From positions 1-50,969 of the IMG/VR virus record IMGVR_UViG_3300025486_000003: a DNA stretch of 50,969 nucleotides. One strand, given 5' to 3'. The notes under the pieces were generated by a model. The model worked only from the letters and a program-made list of their open reading frames with translations. It had not been told where the DNA came from and ran no database searches. Each line of letters opens with the position of its first letter. Position 1 is the first letter of the stretch. The stretch comes from a virus (lineage: Duplodnaviria; Caudoviricetes). Positions 35,930-44,800 of the stretch are shown here, piece by piece. The position numbers and the translations under genes were made by a program.

Positions 35930-37120
35930 ATGAATAAAACTCTAGAAATGCGTGAAAAAAGGGCTAAGGCCTGGGAAACAGCTAAGGCGTTTCTCGATTC
36001 AAAAAGAGGCAATGACGGGATAATCTCTGCAGAAGACACCGCCACCTACGAGAAGATGGAAGCCGATGTTGTGGCGCTTGGCAAAGAAATCGACCGCCTG
36101 GAGCGCCAGTCCGCAATCGACCTTGAGCTTTCCCTTCCTGTCAACAAGCCTATCACCAACGCCCCGGCCGACACGCCCGGCAAGGATTTGACCGGCAGGG
36201 CATCAGCAGAATACAAGAAGGCGTTCTGGAATGCCATGCGCTCCCAAAAGCCAAAGTACGAGGTCATAGACGCCCTGCAGGTTGGCTCTGATCATGAAGG
36301 CGGCTACCTTGTGCCGGATACGTTTGAGCGTACGCTCGTCGAAGCCTTAGAAGAAAAAAATATCTTTCGCCGCTTGGCAAATGTCATCACCACCTCAAGC
36401 GGCGACCGCAAGATTCCCGTTGTGGCGAGTAAGGGCAACGCATCTTGGGTGGACGAGGAAGGCGCTATCCCTGAGAGCGACGACAGCTTCTTGCAGGTGT
36501 CAATCGGCGCCCATAAGCTTGCCACCATGATTAAGGTTTCCGAGGAACTCCTAAACGATTCCGTATTCGACCTTGAAAACTACATCGCAAGAGAGTTTGC
36601 CCGTAGGATCGGCGGTAAGGAAGAAGAAGCGTTCCTATTAGGCGACGGAATAGGCAAACCCCAAGGCATCATTCCCGGAACGGTCGGCGACCAAACAGCA
36701 AATGCCACTACCATCTCGCTAGATGATATCCTTGATTTGTTCTACAGTCTGAAAGCGCCCTACCGCAACAAGGCGGTCTTTGTGATGAACGACTCCACCG
36801 TCAAAGCGATCAGGAAACTAAAAGACAGCACCGGTCAGTACCTCTGGCAGCCGTCTATCCAAGCGGGAACGCCCGACTCTATCTTAAACCGTCCACTCTA
36901 TACCTCGGCGTATATGCCTGCCATCGAGGCTGCAGCAAAAAGCGTGATCTTCGGTGATTTTAGCTATTACTGGGTGGCTGACCGCCAAGGGAGGGTGTTC
37001 AAGCGACTGAGCGAACTGTTTGCCGTAACGGGCCAGGTTGGCTTTATGGCCACTCAGCGCGTGGACGGCAGGGTGATCCTGCCGGAAGCTTTCAAGGTAC
37101 TCCAGCACAAGATAGTGTAG
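35930..37120 (+). CDS. HK97-fold major capsid protein
   Basis: EGGYLVP, ASWVDE, KVSEELLNDS.FDLE.YI, G.G.GKP.G, LKDSTGQYLWQ, FGDFSYY. Confidence 0.93.
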   Translation: MNKTLEMREKRAKAWETAKAFLDSKRGNDGIISAEDTATYEKMEADVVALGKEIDRLERQSAIDLELSLPVNKPITNAPADTPGKDLTGRASAEYKKAFWNAMRSQKPKYEVIDALQVGSDHEGGYLVPDTFERTLVEALEEKNIFRRLANVITTSSGDRKIPVVASKGNASWVDEEGAIPESDDSFLQVSIGAHKLATMIKVSEELLNDSVFDLENYIAREFARRIGGKEEEAFLLGDGIGKPQGIIPGTVGDQTANATTISLDDILDLFYSLKAPYRNKAVFVMNDSTVKAIRKLKDSTGQYLWQPSIQAGTPDSILNRPLYTSAYMPAIEAAAKSVIFGDFSYYWVADRQGRVFKRLSELFAVTGQVGFMATQRVDGRVILPEAFKVLQHKIV

Positions 37121-37139
37121 GGCCGGGGGGTGCGGCGGC

Positions 37140-37466
37140 ATGAGTGTGATTGATACCCTGTTGCCTAAAGTCAAGGCGAATTTGATTCTGGAACACGGCG
37201 CGGACGATGCTCTCCTTTTGGGCTTTATCCGCGCCGCCGTGTCTTATGCCGAAAGCTACCAGCATATTGCAGAAGGCCATTACTTTGAAAGCGTCATGCC
37301 GCCCACCACCGAGCAAGCCGTGATTATGCTCTCCAGCCATTTTTACGAGTCCAGAGACGGCTCGACAGCAGGCTTTTTTGCAGATAATGTGCAGGCAAGT
37401 CAGCAGGTGTGGCACACGGTTAATCTGCTGCTGCGGCTTGACCGGGATTGGGGGAAAAGCATATGA
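37140..37466 (+). CDS. Head-tail connector (gp6-like)
   Basis: VKANLILEH..DD.LL, QAVIMLSSHFYESR; follows the capsid gene. Confidence 0.85.
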   Translation: MSVIDTLLPKVKANLILEHGADDALLLGFIRAAVSYAESYQHIAEGHYFESVMPPTTEQAVIMLSSHFYESRDGSTAGFFADNVQASQQVWHTVNLLLRLDRDWGKSI

Positions 37467-37795
37467 GCTTTGGCAAAATGAATACCTTTATTGATATCAT
37501 CTCCACTGCGCTTGTAAAGGACAGCGAAGGCTTTGCGGTCACCGGCGACACCATCCTCGCCTCTGTCCGCGCCTACAAAGAGGACAGGCGCGGCAATGAA
37601 AAATGGGCGAACATGGCGGTCTTCTCTGAGGCATCCGCCCTCTTTCGCTTCCGTAAAATCCCCGGCCTTGTGCTTACGGCACAGATGGTTATCGTTTGCG
37701 CTGACGGGCGCTACAACATTTTGAGCGTCGAGGACGTGCGCGGGCGCGGCATGTATCTTGAAGTTCTGGCAAAGAAGGTGATTTCCGGTGGCTAA
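37463..37795 (+). CDS. Head closure / head-tail adaptor
   Basis: MSFGKMN..I.I, RYNILSVEDVRGRGMYLEVLA; synteny. Confidence 0.8.
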   Translation: MSFGKMNTFIDIISTALVKDSEGFAVTGDTILASVRAYKEDRRGNEKWANMAVFSEASALFRFRKIPGLVLTAQMVIVCADGRYNILSVEDVRGRGMYLEVLAKKVISGG

Positions 37796-38216
37796 AGCAG
37801 TATGGATGCCGGAGGAATTTCTCCTGAGGCTGTCGCGGCTTGGGGAAAAAACAGATGAAATAATTACAAAGATGCTTGAAGCGGGCGGCGAGGTAGCGCT
37901 CGAGAAAGTCAAAGACAACCTCGAAGCGGTTATCGGGCGCGGTACCTTGCGCACATCGCGCTCTACTGGTGAACTTGTCGATGCGCTAGGCATATCGCCG
38001 GTCAAACTCAGCAGAGACGGCACGCTAAATATCAAAGTCGGTTTTTCCGAGCCTCGGCGCGATGGCCTAAGCAACGCTATGCTCGCAAACATTATTGAAC
38101 ATGGCAAACACGGACAACCCGCAAAACCATTTCTAGCCCCGGCTAGAAGCGCGTCTAGAAAGGCAGTCATCAAGACGATGACGGAGGCCTTTGACCTGGA
38201 GGTGGAGCGCTTGTGA
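37788..38216 (+). CDS. HK97 gp10-family protein
   Basis: STGEL..AL, IEHGKHGQPAKPFL.PA. Confidence 0.8.
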   Translation: MAKAVWMPEEFLLRLSRLGEKTDEIITKMLEAGGEVALEKVKDNLEAVIGRGTLRTSRSTGELVDALGISPVKLSRDGTLNIKVGFSEPRRDGLSNAMLANIIEHGKHGQPAKPFLAPARSASRKAVIKTMTEAFDLEVERL

Positions 38217-38554
38217 GCATTTTGGCCGGACTAAATGCGCTGTTAACCGGCTCAATCCCAGTTGAAACCGGCATCTTTAGCGGCAAGGCCCCGGATGAGT
38301 ACGTCGTCATTACACCGCTCTTGGACATTTTTGAAGTCCACGCCGACGACGTTCCGGGGCTTGAGGTGCAGGAAGCGCGGCTGTCGCTCTTTTGCAAGGG
38401 CAGCTACACCCGTCAAAAGAATCAGCTTGTAGCCTCTTTGCTACAAAACAACTTCACTGTCACCAGCCGGCGCTACCTCGGCTACGAGGAGGACACAGGC
38501 TACCACCATTATTCCGTAGATGTGGCAAAAGAATACGAACTGCAGGAGGAATGA
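38213..38554 (+). CDS. Tail completion/terminator protein (putative)
   Basis: GYEEDTGYHHYSVDV; synteny. Confidence 0.65.
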   Translation: MSILAGLNALLTGSIPVETGIFSGKAPDEYVVITPLLDIFEVHADDVPGLEVQEARLSLFCKGSYTRQKNQLVASLLQNNFTVTSRRYLGYEEDTGYHHYSVDVAKEYELQEE

Positions 38555-38556
38555 TT

Positions 38557-39141
38557 ATGGCAACAATCGGGCTTGACCGGCTCTACTACGCCCCGATCAC
38601 AGAAGGCGCAAACGGCAACGAAACATACGGCACGCCGCTAATGCTGGCAAAGGCGATCTCAGCGGAGCTCTCCATCGAGCTTGCCGAAGCGACGCTTTAT
38701 GCTGACGACGGCGCTGTCGAGGTAGTAAAGGAATTTCAAAGCGGTACATTAACGCTTAGCGTGGACGGTATCGGCCGCACAGTTGCTGCAGCGCTGACTG
38801 GTGCAACTGTGGATTCTAAGGGTGTGCTTATTTCAAGCAGTGAGGATGTCGGGATGCCTGTGGCGGTAGGGTTTAGGGCAAAGAAAGCAAATGGCAAGTA
38901 CAGATACTTCTGGCTCTATCGCGTAAAGTTTGGCATCCCGCCTACTAATCTGGAAACGAAAAGCGACTCGATCACATTCTCTACTCCCTCCATCGAAGGC
39001 ACGGTGCTGCGGCGAAACAAAGCAGATTCAAGAGGGCAGCATCCTTGGAAAGCTGAAGTAAACGAGGATGATGCAAGCGTATTGCCGGCCACGATAAATG
39101 CTTGGTATACGTCGGTTTACGAACCGGCATATACGCCGTAG
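38557..39141 (+). CDS. Major tail tube protein
   Basis: MATIGLDRLYYA, LYADDG, VAVGFRAKK.NG.YRYFWLYRVKF. Confidence 0.88.
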   Translation: MATIGLDRLYYAPITEGANGNETYGTPLMLAKAISAELSIELAEATLYADDGAVEVVKEFQSGTLTLSVDGIGRTVAAALTGATVDSKGVLISSSEDVGMPVAVGFRAKKANGKYRYFWLYRVKFGIPPTNLETKSDSITFSTPSIEGTVLRRNKADSRGQHPWKAEVNEDDASVLPATINAWYTSVYEPAYTP

Positions 39142-39157
39142 GGGGGGGTGACTGTTT

Positions 39158-39541
39158 ATGGATAACGAAAGAAGCGCAAATATCAACATCGGCGGTGCGG
39201 ACTATGAACTGGTGCTGACCACCCGCGCCACAAAAGAGATTGCAAGACGCTACGGAGGCCTTCAGAACCTTGGCGAAAAGCTGATGCAGGCAGAGAACTT
39301 TGAATTTGCCCTAGATGAAATCATCTGGCTGATTACGCTGCTTGCAAACCAGTCCATCCTCATCCACAACCTGAAAAACAAGGAAAGCCGGCAAGAACTT
39401 CTGACAGAAGAAGCGGTGGAGCTTTTAACTACACCGCTAGACTTGGCAGAATACAAAGCCGCCATCACAGAAGCAATGTTTAAGGGGACGAAGCGGCATA
39501 TCGAGAGCGAGGACAGTCCAAAAAACACGGAAGCCGGGTAA
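39158..39541 (+). CDS. Tail assembly chaperone (gpG-like)
   Basis: Between the tail tube and tape measure genes; ends with the slippery heptamer A AAA AAC. Confidence 0.8.
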   Translation: MDNERSANINIGGADYELVLTTRATKEIARRYGGLQNLGEKLMQAENFEFALDEIIWLITLLANQSILIHNLKNKESRQELLTEEAVELLTTPLDLAEYKAAITEAMFKGTKRHIESEDSPKNTEAG

Positions 39542-39729
39542 GCGACGATGAGTTGTTCACCCGGCTTCTCTACTACGGTACTGTTCATTTGAACCGCACA
39601 GAAGATGAAACGTGGCTCATGCCGCTTGGCCTCTTGCTTGACTTGTGGGAGTGCCACAAGCAGTTTCTTGGTATGGCAAAGGCAAAAGTGGAACTATCAA
39701 TCGACGACATAATTCCTACGTGCATATAA
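39526..39729 (+). CDS. -1 frameshift extension of the chaperone (gpGT-like)
   Basis: Absent from the track; the -1 frame reads HGSRVSDDELFTRLLYYGTVHLNRTEDETWLMPLGLLLDLWECHKQF...CI*. Confidence 0.8.
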   Translation, partial: HGSRVSDDELFTRLLYYGTVHLNRTEDETWLMPLGLLLDLWECHKQFLGMAKAKVELSIDDIIPTCI

Positions 39730-39774
39730 GCAGCAAAAAGCAGGGAATCTCGCCCCTGTTTAACAAAACTGCTG

Positions 39775-40179
39775 TTATTCCATTTGCAGAAAATCTGCCG
39801 CCGTAACGATTTTTGGGTTTGTGATGCCTGATTCAAGAAAATCCTTGTCGCCGGTTAAGAGTACATCGGCTTTTGCCGTTACGGCTGCCCGGAGAATTGG
39901 CCTGTCGGATATGTCCCGGACAAGCGCTTCATCTGACACGTCAACAACAGGAGTCGGAACAACCTCAAGGACGGTGAGCGCAAGCGCCAAAAAGTGTTCA
40001 AGAGCCTGGATTTTGTGCGAGAATTTCCGGTTGTAGACCCGGCGAAGCTCATCAATGTTTTGATCGCAAATCATACCGTGGTTGGGGTGGGTAACTGCCT
40101 TGACGTATGCTTGATATGACGTTCCCTCATTGCTCAAGGACGCGGAAATAAGGATATTGGTATCGATCAATACCTTCAC
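39775..40179 (-). CDS. PIN-domain (VapC-like) toxin
   Basis: MKVLIDTNILISA, RDISDRPIL.AA...ADVLLTGDKDF. Confidence 0.9.
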   Translation of the reverse strand: MKVLIDTNILISASLSNEGTSYQAYVKAVTHPNHGMICDQNIDELRRVYNRKFSHKIQALEHFLALALTVLEVVPTPVVDVSDEALVRDISDRPILRAAVTAKADVLLTGDKDFLESGITNPKIVTAADFLQME

Positions 40180-40448
40180 AGTCCTTCAATCTCCGCGCGA
40201 ACGTCCTTTACCAGATCCAGGACATCGTCATCGGTCTGAATCCCGGCTTTTTCCGCCTCGCCCTTCATCTCCTGCCGCAGCATTTTCATAGCGTAAACAG
40301 CAGAGTTCATCAGAATGACACGGTCTTCCTCGCAAATGAGGGTGACACGGTCTCCAGTGGAAAGACGAAGCTTGGAACGGATATCCTTTGGGAGCGTAAT
40401 TTGGCCTTTGGCCATTACCTTGGCGTTATCAACTATAGGGGCGCTCAT
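40176..40448 (-). CDS. AbrB/MazE-family antitoxin
   Basis: AKVMAKGQITLPKDIRSKL.L.TGDRV; 4-bp overlap with the toxin gene. Confidence 0.9.
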   Translation of the reverse strand: MSAPIVDNAKVMAKGQITLPKDIRSKLRLSTGDRVTLICEEDRVILMNSAVYAMKMLRQEMKGEAEKAGIQTDDDVLDLVKDVRAEIEGL

Positions 40449-40503
40449 GCTAAAACCTCCTTGAATTTTAAAAAGTAGGACAATCCCTATTTACCCTACC
40501 ATT

Positions 40504-40532
40504 AGTATATGCCAAACAGCGTTAAAATACAA
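40504..40532 (-). promoter_or_regulatory. AbrB-PIN operon promoter
   Basis: Minus strand TTGTAT-N17-TATACT. Confidence 0.55.
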
Positions 40533-40631
40533 TTGCTTTTGAATATTTTGCAGGGGAGGTGCGGCATGTCAGATTTATCTTAGAACTCGGATTTACTATG
40601 CCGGCTGGGAGTTGGGAGGATAACAAAACTT

Positions 40632-43010
40632 ATGGGATATTCAGATTTCGGCTTGCGCATAGGCGTAGAAGGCCAAAAGGAATTCAAGAACGCCATGCTG
40701 GATATCAACCGCTCCTTTAAAGTCCTAGGCAGCGAAATGGAGCTTGTGTCTGCCCAGTTTGGCAAAAACGACAAGTCAGTCGAGGCTTTGACCTCGCGAA
40801 AAGAAGTGCTTGGCAAAGAGATGGACGAACAGCGCAAGAAAACCGATGTCCTCCGCGCCGCACTTTTAAACGCCGCCGCCTCCTTTGGCGAAAACGACAA
40901 ACGCACACAAGAGTGGCAGATCCAGCTAAATAAGGCAAACGCCGCGCTCATCGGCATGGAACGCGAGCTAAGCGACACAAGTAATGCCCTAGAAGATGCC
41001 GCAAAAGAAACAAACGACCTGGAGACACAAACGGAACAGCTGGGCGACGAGCTCGACAAAACGGGCAAAGACGCGGATGAGGCCGGCTCCAAGTTTAACA
41101 AACTGGGCGGCGTCCTAAAAGGCGTAGGTGTGGCGATGGGCGCTGCATTTGTGGCCGTTGGCGTTGCCGCTGCGGCTGCAGGCAGGGCGCTTGCCGGCAT
41201 GTCCGTAGGCGCCGCAACGTATGCCGATGAGATACTTACCGCAGCCACAGTCACCGGGATGAGCACAGACGCGCTGCAGGCATACAGATATGCCGCCGAG
41301 CTTGTGGACGTGCCGCTTGAAACGCTGACCGGCAGCATGGCAAGAAACATACGCGCGATGGACGCGGCCCGCAGAGGGGCGAAATTACAAGCCGGGGCGT
41401 ACAAGGAACTTGGCGTCTCTGTGACTGATGCCGGCGGCAATCTCCGTGACGCAGAAACGGTCTACTGGGAGACTATTGATGCGCTCGGGCGCATAAAAGA
41501 TGAAACGGAGCGCAGCGCTCTCTCCATGCAGATCTTTGGCAAATCGGCGCTTGACCTTAATCCGCTTATCGCGCAGGGCTCTGCGGGCATCGCGGACTTA
41601 ACCGAGGAAGCGCGGCAAATGGGCGCTGTGATGAGTGACGAGGCGCTTGCTAGTCTTGGCGCGTTTGACGATACGATGCAGCGCCTTACATCTGGTGCCG
41701 GAGCCGCAAGAAACGCTCTAGGCATGGTACTCCTGCCGCAGCTGCAAGTGCTCGCGGGTGATGGCGTGGGGCTGCTTGGCGAGTTTACGCGCGGACTAAA
41801 CGAAGCTGGCGGCGACTGGACGAGAATCAGCGAAATTGTCGGTAATACAGTCGGTGGCATCGTGGATACCATCATGAAAACCGTGCCTGATATCGTAGCT
41901 CTTGGCATGGATATTATCATGTCCATTGGCAGCGCGATTACAGATAACCTCTCAATACTTGTAGACGCGGCCTCGCTGATCATCATGACGCTGCTCGACG
42001 GTTTGGTCGCGGCTCTGCCCGGGCTGGCTGAGGGCGCGCTACGGCTTGTGCTTGCTCTGGCTGATGGCATTATCGCCACCCTGCCGGTACTAATTGATGC
42101 GGCAGTCAAGATGATCGCCACCCTTGCCGGCGGCATTGGAGACGCGCTGCCGCGACTTATTCCGGCGATTGTGCAAGCTGTCGTCCTCATCGCGCGCACT
42201 CTGCTAGAGAACTTGCCGCTTGTACTGGACGCGGCGCTGCAGATTATTTTAGGCTTGGCGCGAGGGCTAGTGACCGCGCTGCCTGTGCTTGTGGCTGCGC
42301 TGCCAAAAATTATTGATGCTATCATTTCATTTCTCATCGTCGCAACCCCGCAGATAATCGAAGCTGGCATTCTGCTTCTTGTCGCGCTGGTTGCTGCTCT
42401 GCCGGAGATAATTGTCGCTGTTGCAGCGGCAATCCCGCAGATTATTGCAGCCCTTGTGGGCGGCTTTGTCGGCAGCTCTCCGCTGCTTGCCCAGGCAGGT
42501 GTGCGGGTGTTTGGCTCTTTAACTCGAGACTTGCCAAAGATTATTGCAAGCATTCTGTCTGCTGTGCCGCGCATAATCTCCGGCATTGCTGATGCGTTCT
42601 CCGGCTCGACGGGGCAAATGTCGCGCGTCGGCGGCGACCTGATTAGAGGCTTGTGGCAGGGCATATCTGACATGGGTGCATGGCTCAGAAGGCAGATTGC
42701 AGGCTTTATGGGCGGCATTGTAGGCGGCATCAAGAGTTTCTTTGGGATAAGGAGTCCGTCTTTGCTCTTTGCCGGGTTCGGCGGTGACATGGCAGCAGGC
42801 ATCGGTGTAGGCTTTGAGCAGGCGATGTCACGCATCAGCGGCGATATGCAAAGGGCTGTGCCGGTTGGCTTTGCAGCGGAAAGCAAAAATGCGCAAATCG
42901 GACATGTGCACTCCGGCGAAATCACAATTAGAGGTGTGAATAACCAGGGCGAATTTATCGGCGCACTTGAACTGGTTATGGACGAGCTGCGCAAAAGCAA
43001 CAGGAGGTGA
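40632..43010 (+). CDS. Tape measure protein
   Basis: FGLRIGVEGQKEFK N-terminus, coiled-coil region, long Ala/Gly/Ile/Leu-rich repeats, FGIRSPS near the C-terminus. Confidence 0.88.
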   Translation: MGYSDFGLRIGVEGQKEFKNAMLDINRSFKVLGSEMELVSAQFGKNDKSVEALTSRKEVLGKEMDEQRKKTDVLRAALLNAAASFGENDKRTQEWQIQLNKANAALIGMERELSDTSNALEDAAKETNDLETQTEQLGDELDKTGKDADEAGSKFNKLGGVLKGVGVAMGAAFVAVGVAAAAAGRALAGMSVGAATYADEILTAATVTGMSTDALQAYRYAAELVDVPLETLTGSMARNIRAMDAARRGAKLQAGAYKELGVSVTDAGGNLRDAETVYWETIDALGRIKDETERSALSMQIFGKSALDLNPLIAQGSAGIADLTEEARQMGAVMSDEALASLGAFDDTMQRLTSGAGAARNALGMVLLPQLQVLAGDGVGLLGEFTRGLNEAGGDWTRISEIVGNTVGGIVDTIMKTVPDIVALGMDIIMSIGSAITDNLSILVDAASLIIMTLLDGLVAALPGLAEGALRLVLALADGIIATLPVLIDAAVKMIATLAGGIGDALPRLIPAIVQAVVLIARTLLENLPLVLDAALQIILGLARGLVTALPVLVAALPKIIDAIISFLIVATPQIIEAGILLLVALVAALPEIIVAVAAAIPQIIAALVGGFVGSSPLLAQAGVRVFGSLTRDLPKIIASILSAVPRIISGIADAFSGSTGQMSRVGGDLIRGLWQGISDMGAWLRRQIAGFMGGIVGGIKSFFGIRSPSLLFAGFGGDMAAGIGVGFEQAMSRISGDMQRAVPVGFAAESKNAQIGHVHSGEITIRGVNNQGEFIGALELVMDELRKSNRR

Positions 43011-43014
43011 TGTT

Positions 43015-43362
43015 ATGCCGGTTGGCATCTGGACGATTGATAATGATCTAATCACGCGCTACGTAAATACCCTCCGCCGCTTTGATGCGCGCCAGCTCTG
43101 GCATACCACGCTTGACGGTTTGCCACATGTAGAGACTATCGGCAACGCAACAGAAGTTATTGATGTTGAATTATGGGTGGACAAAAAAGGCAAAGAGATT
43201 ATTGACAGGTGCCAGGCAAGAGGCGAGCCGGTCAACGTGAGCGACGGAACTGATACATGGGTGGGGCTAATTGCAGAGGCACCAAGCTGGGAGAAAACAA
43301 GTAAATTAAAGGGTATCTTTGCCGCTAAAATTTCAGTGAGATGCTTTCAGCCGGCAGTTTGA
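43015..43362 (+). CDS. Minor tail protein (distal-tail position)
   Basis: AGGAGGT RBS; directly follows the tape measure gene. Confidence 0.55.
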   Translation: MPVGIWTIDNDLITRYVNTLRRFDARQLWHTTLDGLPHVETIGNATEVIDVELWVDKKGKEIIDRCQARGEPVNVSDGTDTWVGLIAEAPSWEKTSKLKGIFAAKISVRCFQPAV

Positions 43363-43374
43363 GGTGGTGAGTAT

Positions 43375-44787
43375 GTGAGGCAGATTAGTCAGGAACTTTT
43401 AGAAAAGATAAAGTCAAGGCAAAAGACGCTATATAACAATGCCCAACCGGAGCTTAAAGCATATTTTAGCCGGGGCTTGACGACTGAACTTTTCCTTGTG
43501 CATACGCTCCAAAAAAGCGCTACGCTTCAAGCTATAGATGTTACCGTCAAGCGCTTGACGGTAGGCACTGCCCCGACGAAAGCTTATGCAGTTTGCGTGG
43601 ATGACGGTGTGGCGGCTGTTAAATCAAAAGCACTACCATACGATGAACTGACACCTTGGCTGGATGAATTTATGGCAGCAGCAAATGTCACATCAGTAGG
43701 CATAGAGTTTGACGGGTATTGGGATAGAGACTTTAAGTCAAGGCGCTTTGACTTTGTGACAGAAGATGTGCCGTGGATTTTCTACGTGCAGAGCGGCGCC
43801 CTATATGCCCGCTACTGGCAGGAGCCCCCGATTATGCTTGCCAGTGGCGTATCAAAAATAAGTACAATCAGAGGATGGCTGCCTGTGACGCGAGAGCACC
43901 ACAACGACCAAGGGCTAATCGTCGGTTACATCAAAACAGACGGGTTCGTCTACTACCGGGCATACTGCCACCAGCCTGACGGCACAAGAATTTGGGAGGT
44001 CGAGCGCAGGGTTCCAGGGTTTTTGGCCACTGCTACAGATATTGCGCTCTTTCGGACAAATGACTTTAGAGTTGGTTTTCTGGCGACGGTAAACGCTTCA
44101 ATGCAATGGAGCCTAACTACGAGAAATTACGCTGGCATGAGCATCTTCCCCGATTTGGTGACAGCAGCGATAAACAATCTATCTTTTGAAGTCATCCCGA
44201 TACAAAATCGTAATGCTTACAAAAGTGAACAGCTTACAGTAGCGCTAAGCAATATGGGGCTGCTTGTCTGCCGTCCGATTACCCCAACCGTATTGTCAAT
44301 CTCAAACCAGTTAAATGATTGGCGGATTCTCATAAAATTCAGCCACGCGCTCTCGCAGAATTTGGCGGGTAGCACTTTGAGGAATAGCTTTACAGTAAGA
44401 GATGCTTTAGGCGTCTCTTTTGCGATTCTTTCGACCTCGGCCGGCGCTGACCAGACAGAGCTCTACCTCAACATGATAAACTTCGGTGCGGCGAAAAACG
44501 ATCTAGTCGTAACATTTGCAAGCGGCGCGGCTGATGGAATACCCAGCGCTTTAACAAGCAACAACGACGGCTGTGAGTTTAATGTGCCTTCTTTCTCCGT
44601 GTCGTTCACAGCGTTGATTGAGCCGCCAAGAGGCTTTGCAAGGGATCATTTGGCGACCGGGTTAACACAGATGAGCTTTAGCGTTCTGCAAGTGTTTTAC
44701 CGGAATGCGTTTACAGCTGAGCATCTAACGGCAAGCATCAGCCATCTATCATTTGCAGTTACCAGAGTCGGCGGCAACCCGCTCTAA
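43375..44787 (+). CDS. Minor tail/baseplate protein
   Basis: 470 aa, beta-rich; position in the tail module. Confidence 0.55.
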   Translation: MRQISQELLEKIKSRQKTLYNNAQPELKAYFSRGLTTELFLVHTLQKSATLQAIDVTVKRLTVGTAPTKAYAVCVDDGVAAVKSKALPYDELTPWLDEFMAAANVTSVGIEFDGYWDRDFKSRRFDFVTEDVPWIFYVQSGALYARYWQEPPIMLASGVSKISTIRGWLPVTREHHNDQGLIVGYIKTDGFVYYRAYCHQPDGTRIWEVERRVPGFLATATDIALFRTNDFRVGFLATVNASMQWSLTTRNYAGMSIFPDLVTAAINNLSFEVIPIQNRNAYKSEQLTVALSNMGLLVCRPITPTVLSISNQLNDWRILIKFSHALSQNLAGSTLRNSFTVRDALGVSFAILSTSAGADQTELYLNMINFGAAKNDLVVTFASGAADGIPSALTSNNDGCEFNVPSFSVSFTALIEPPRGFARDHLATGLTQMSFSVLQVFYRNAFTAEHLTASISHLSFAVTRVGGNPL

Positions 44788-44800
44788 GGAGGAAAAGAGC

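Noticed and set aside
41462-43000. 512-aa antisense ORF (and the 286-aa ORF at 40580-41440)
   Set aside because: Shadow ORFs of the Ala/Gly/Ile/Leu-rich tape measure gene; no recognisable motifs.
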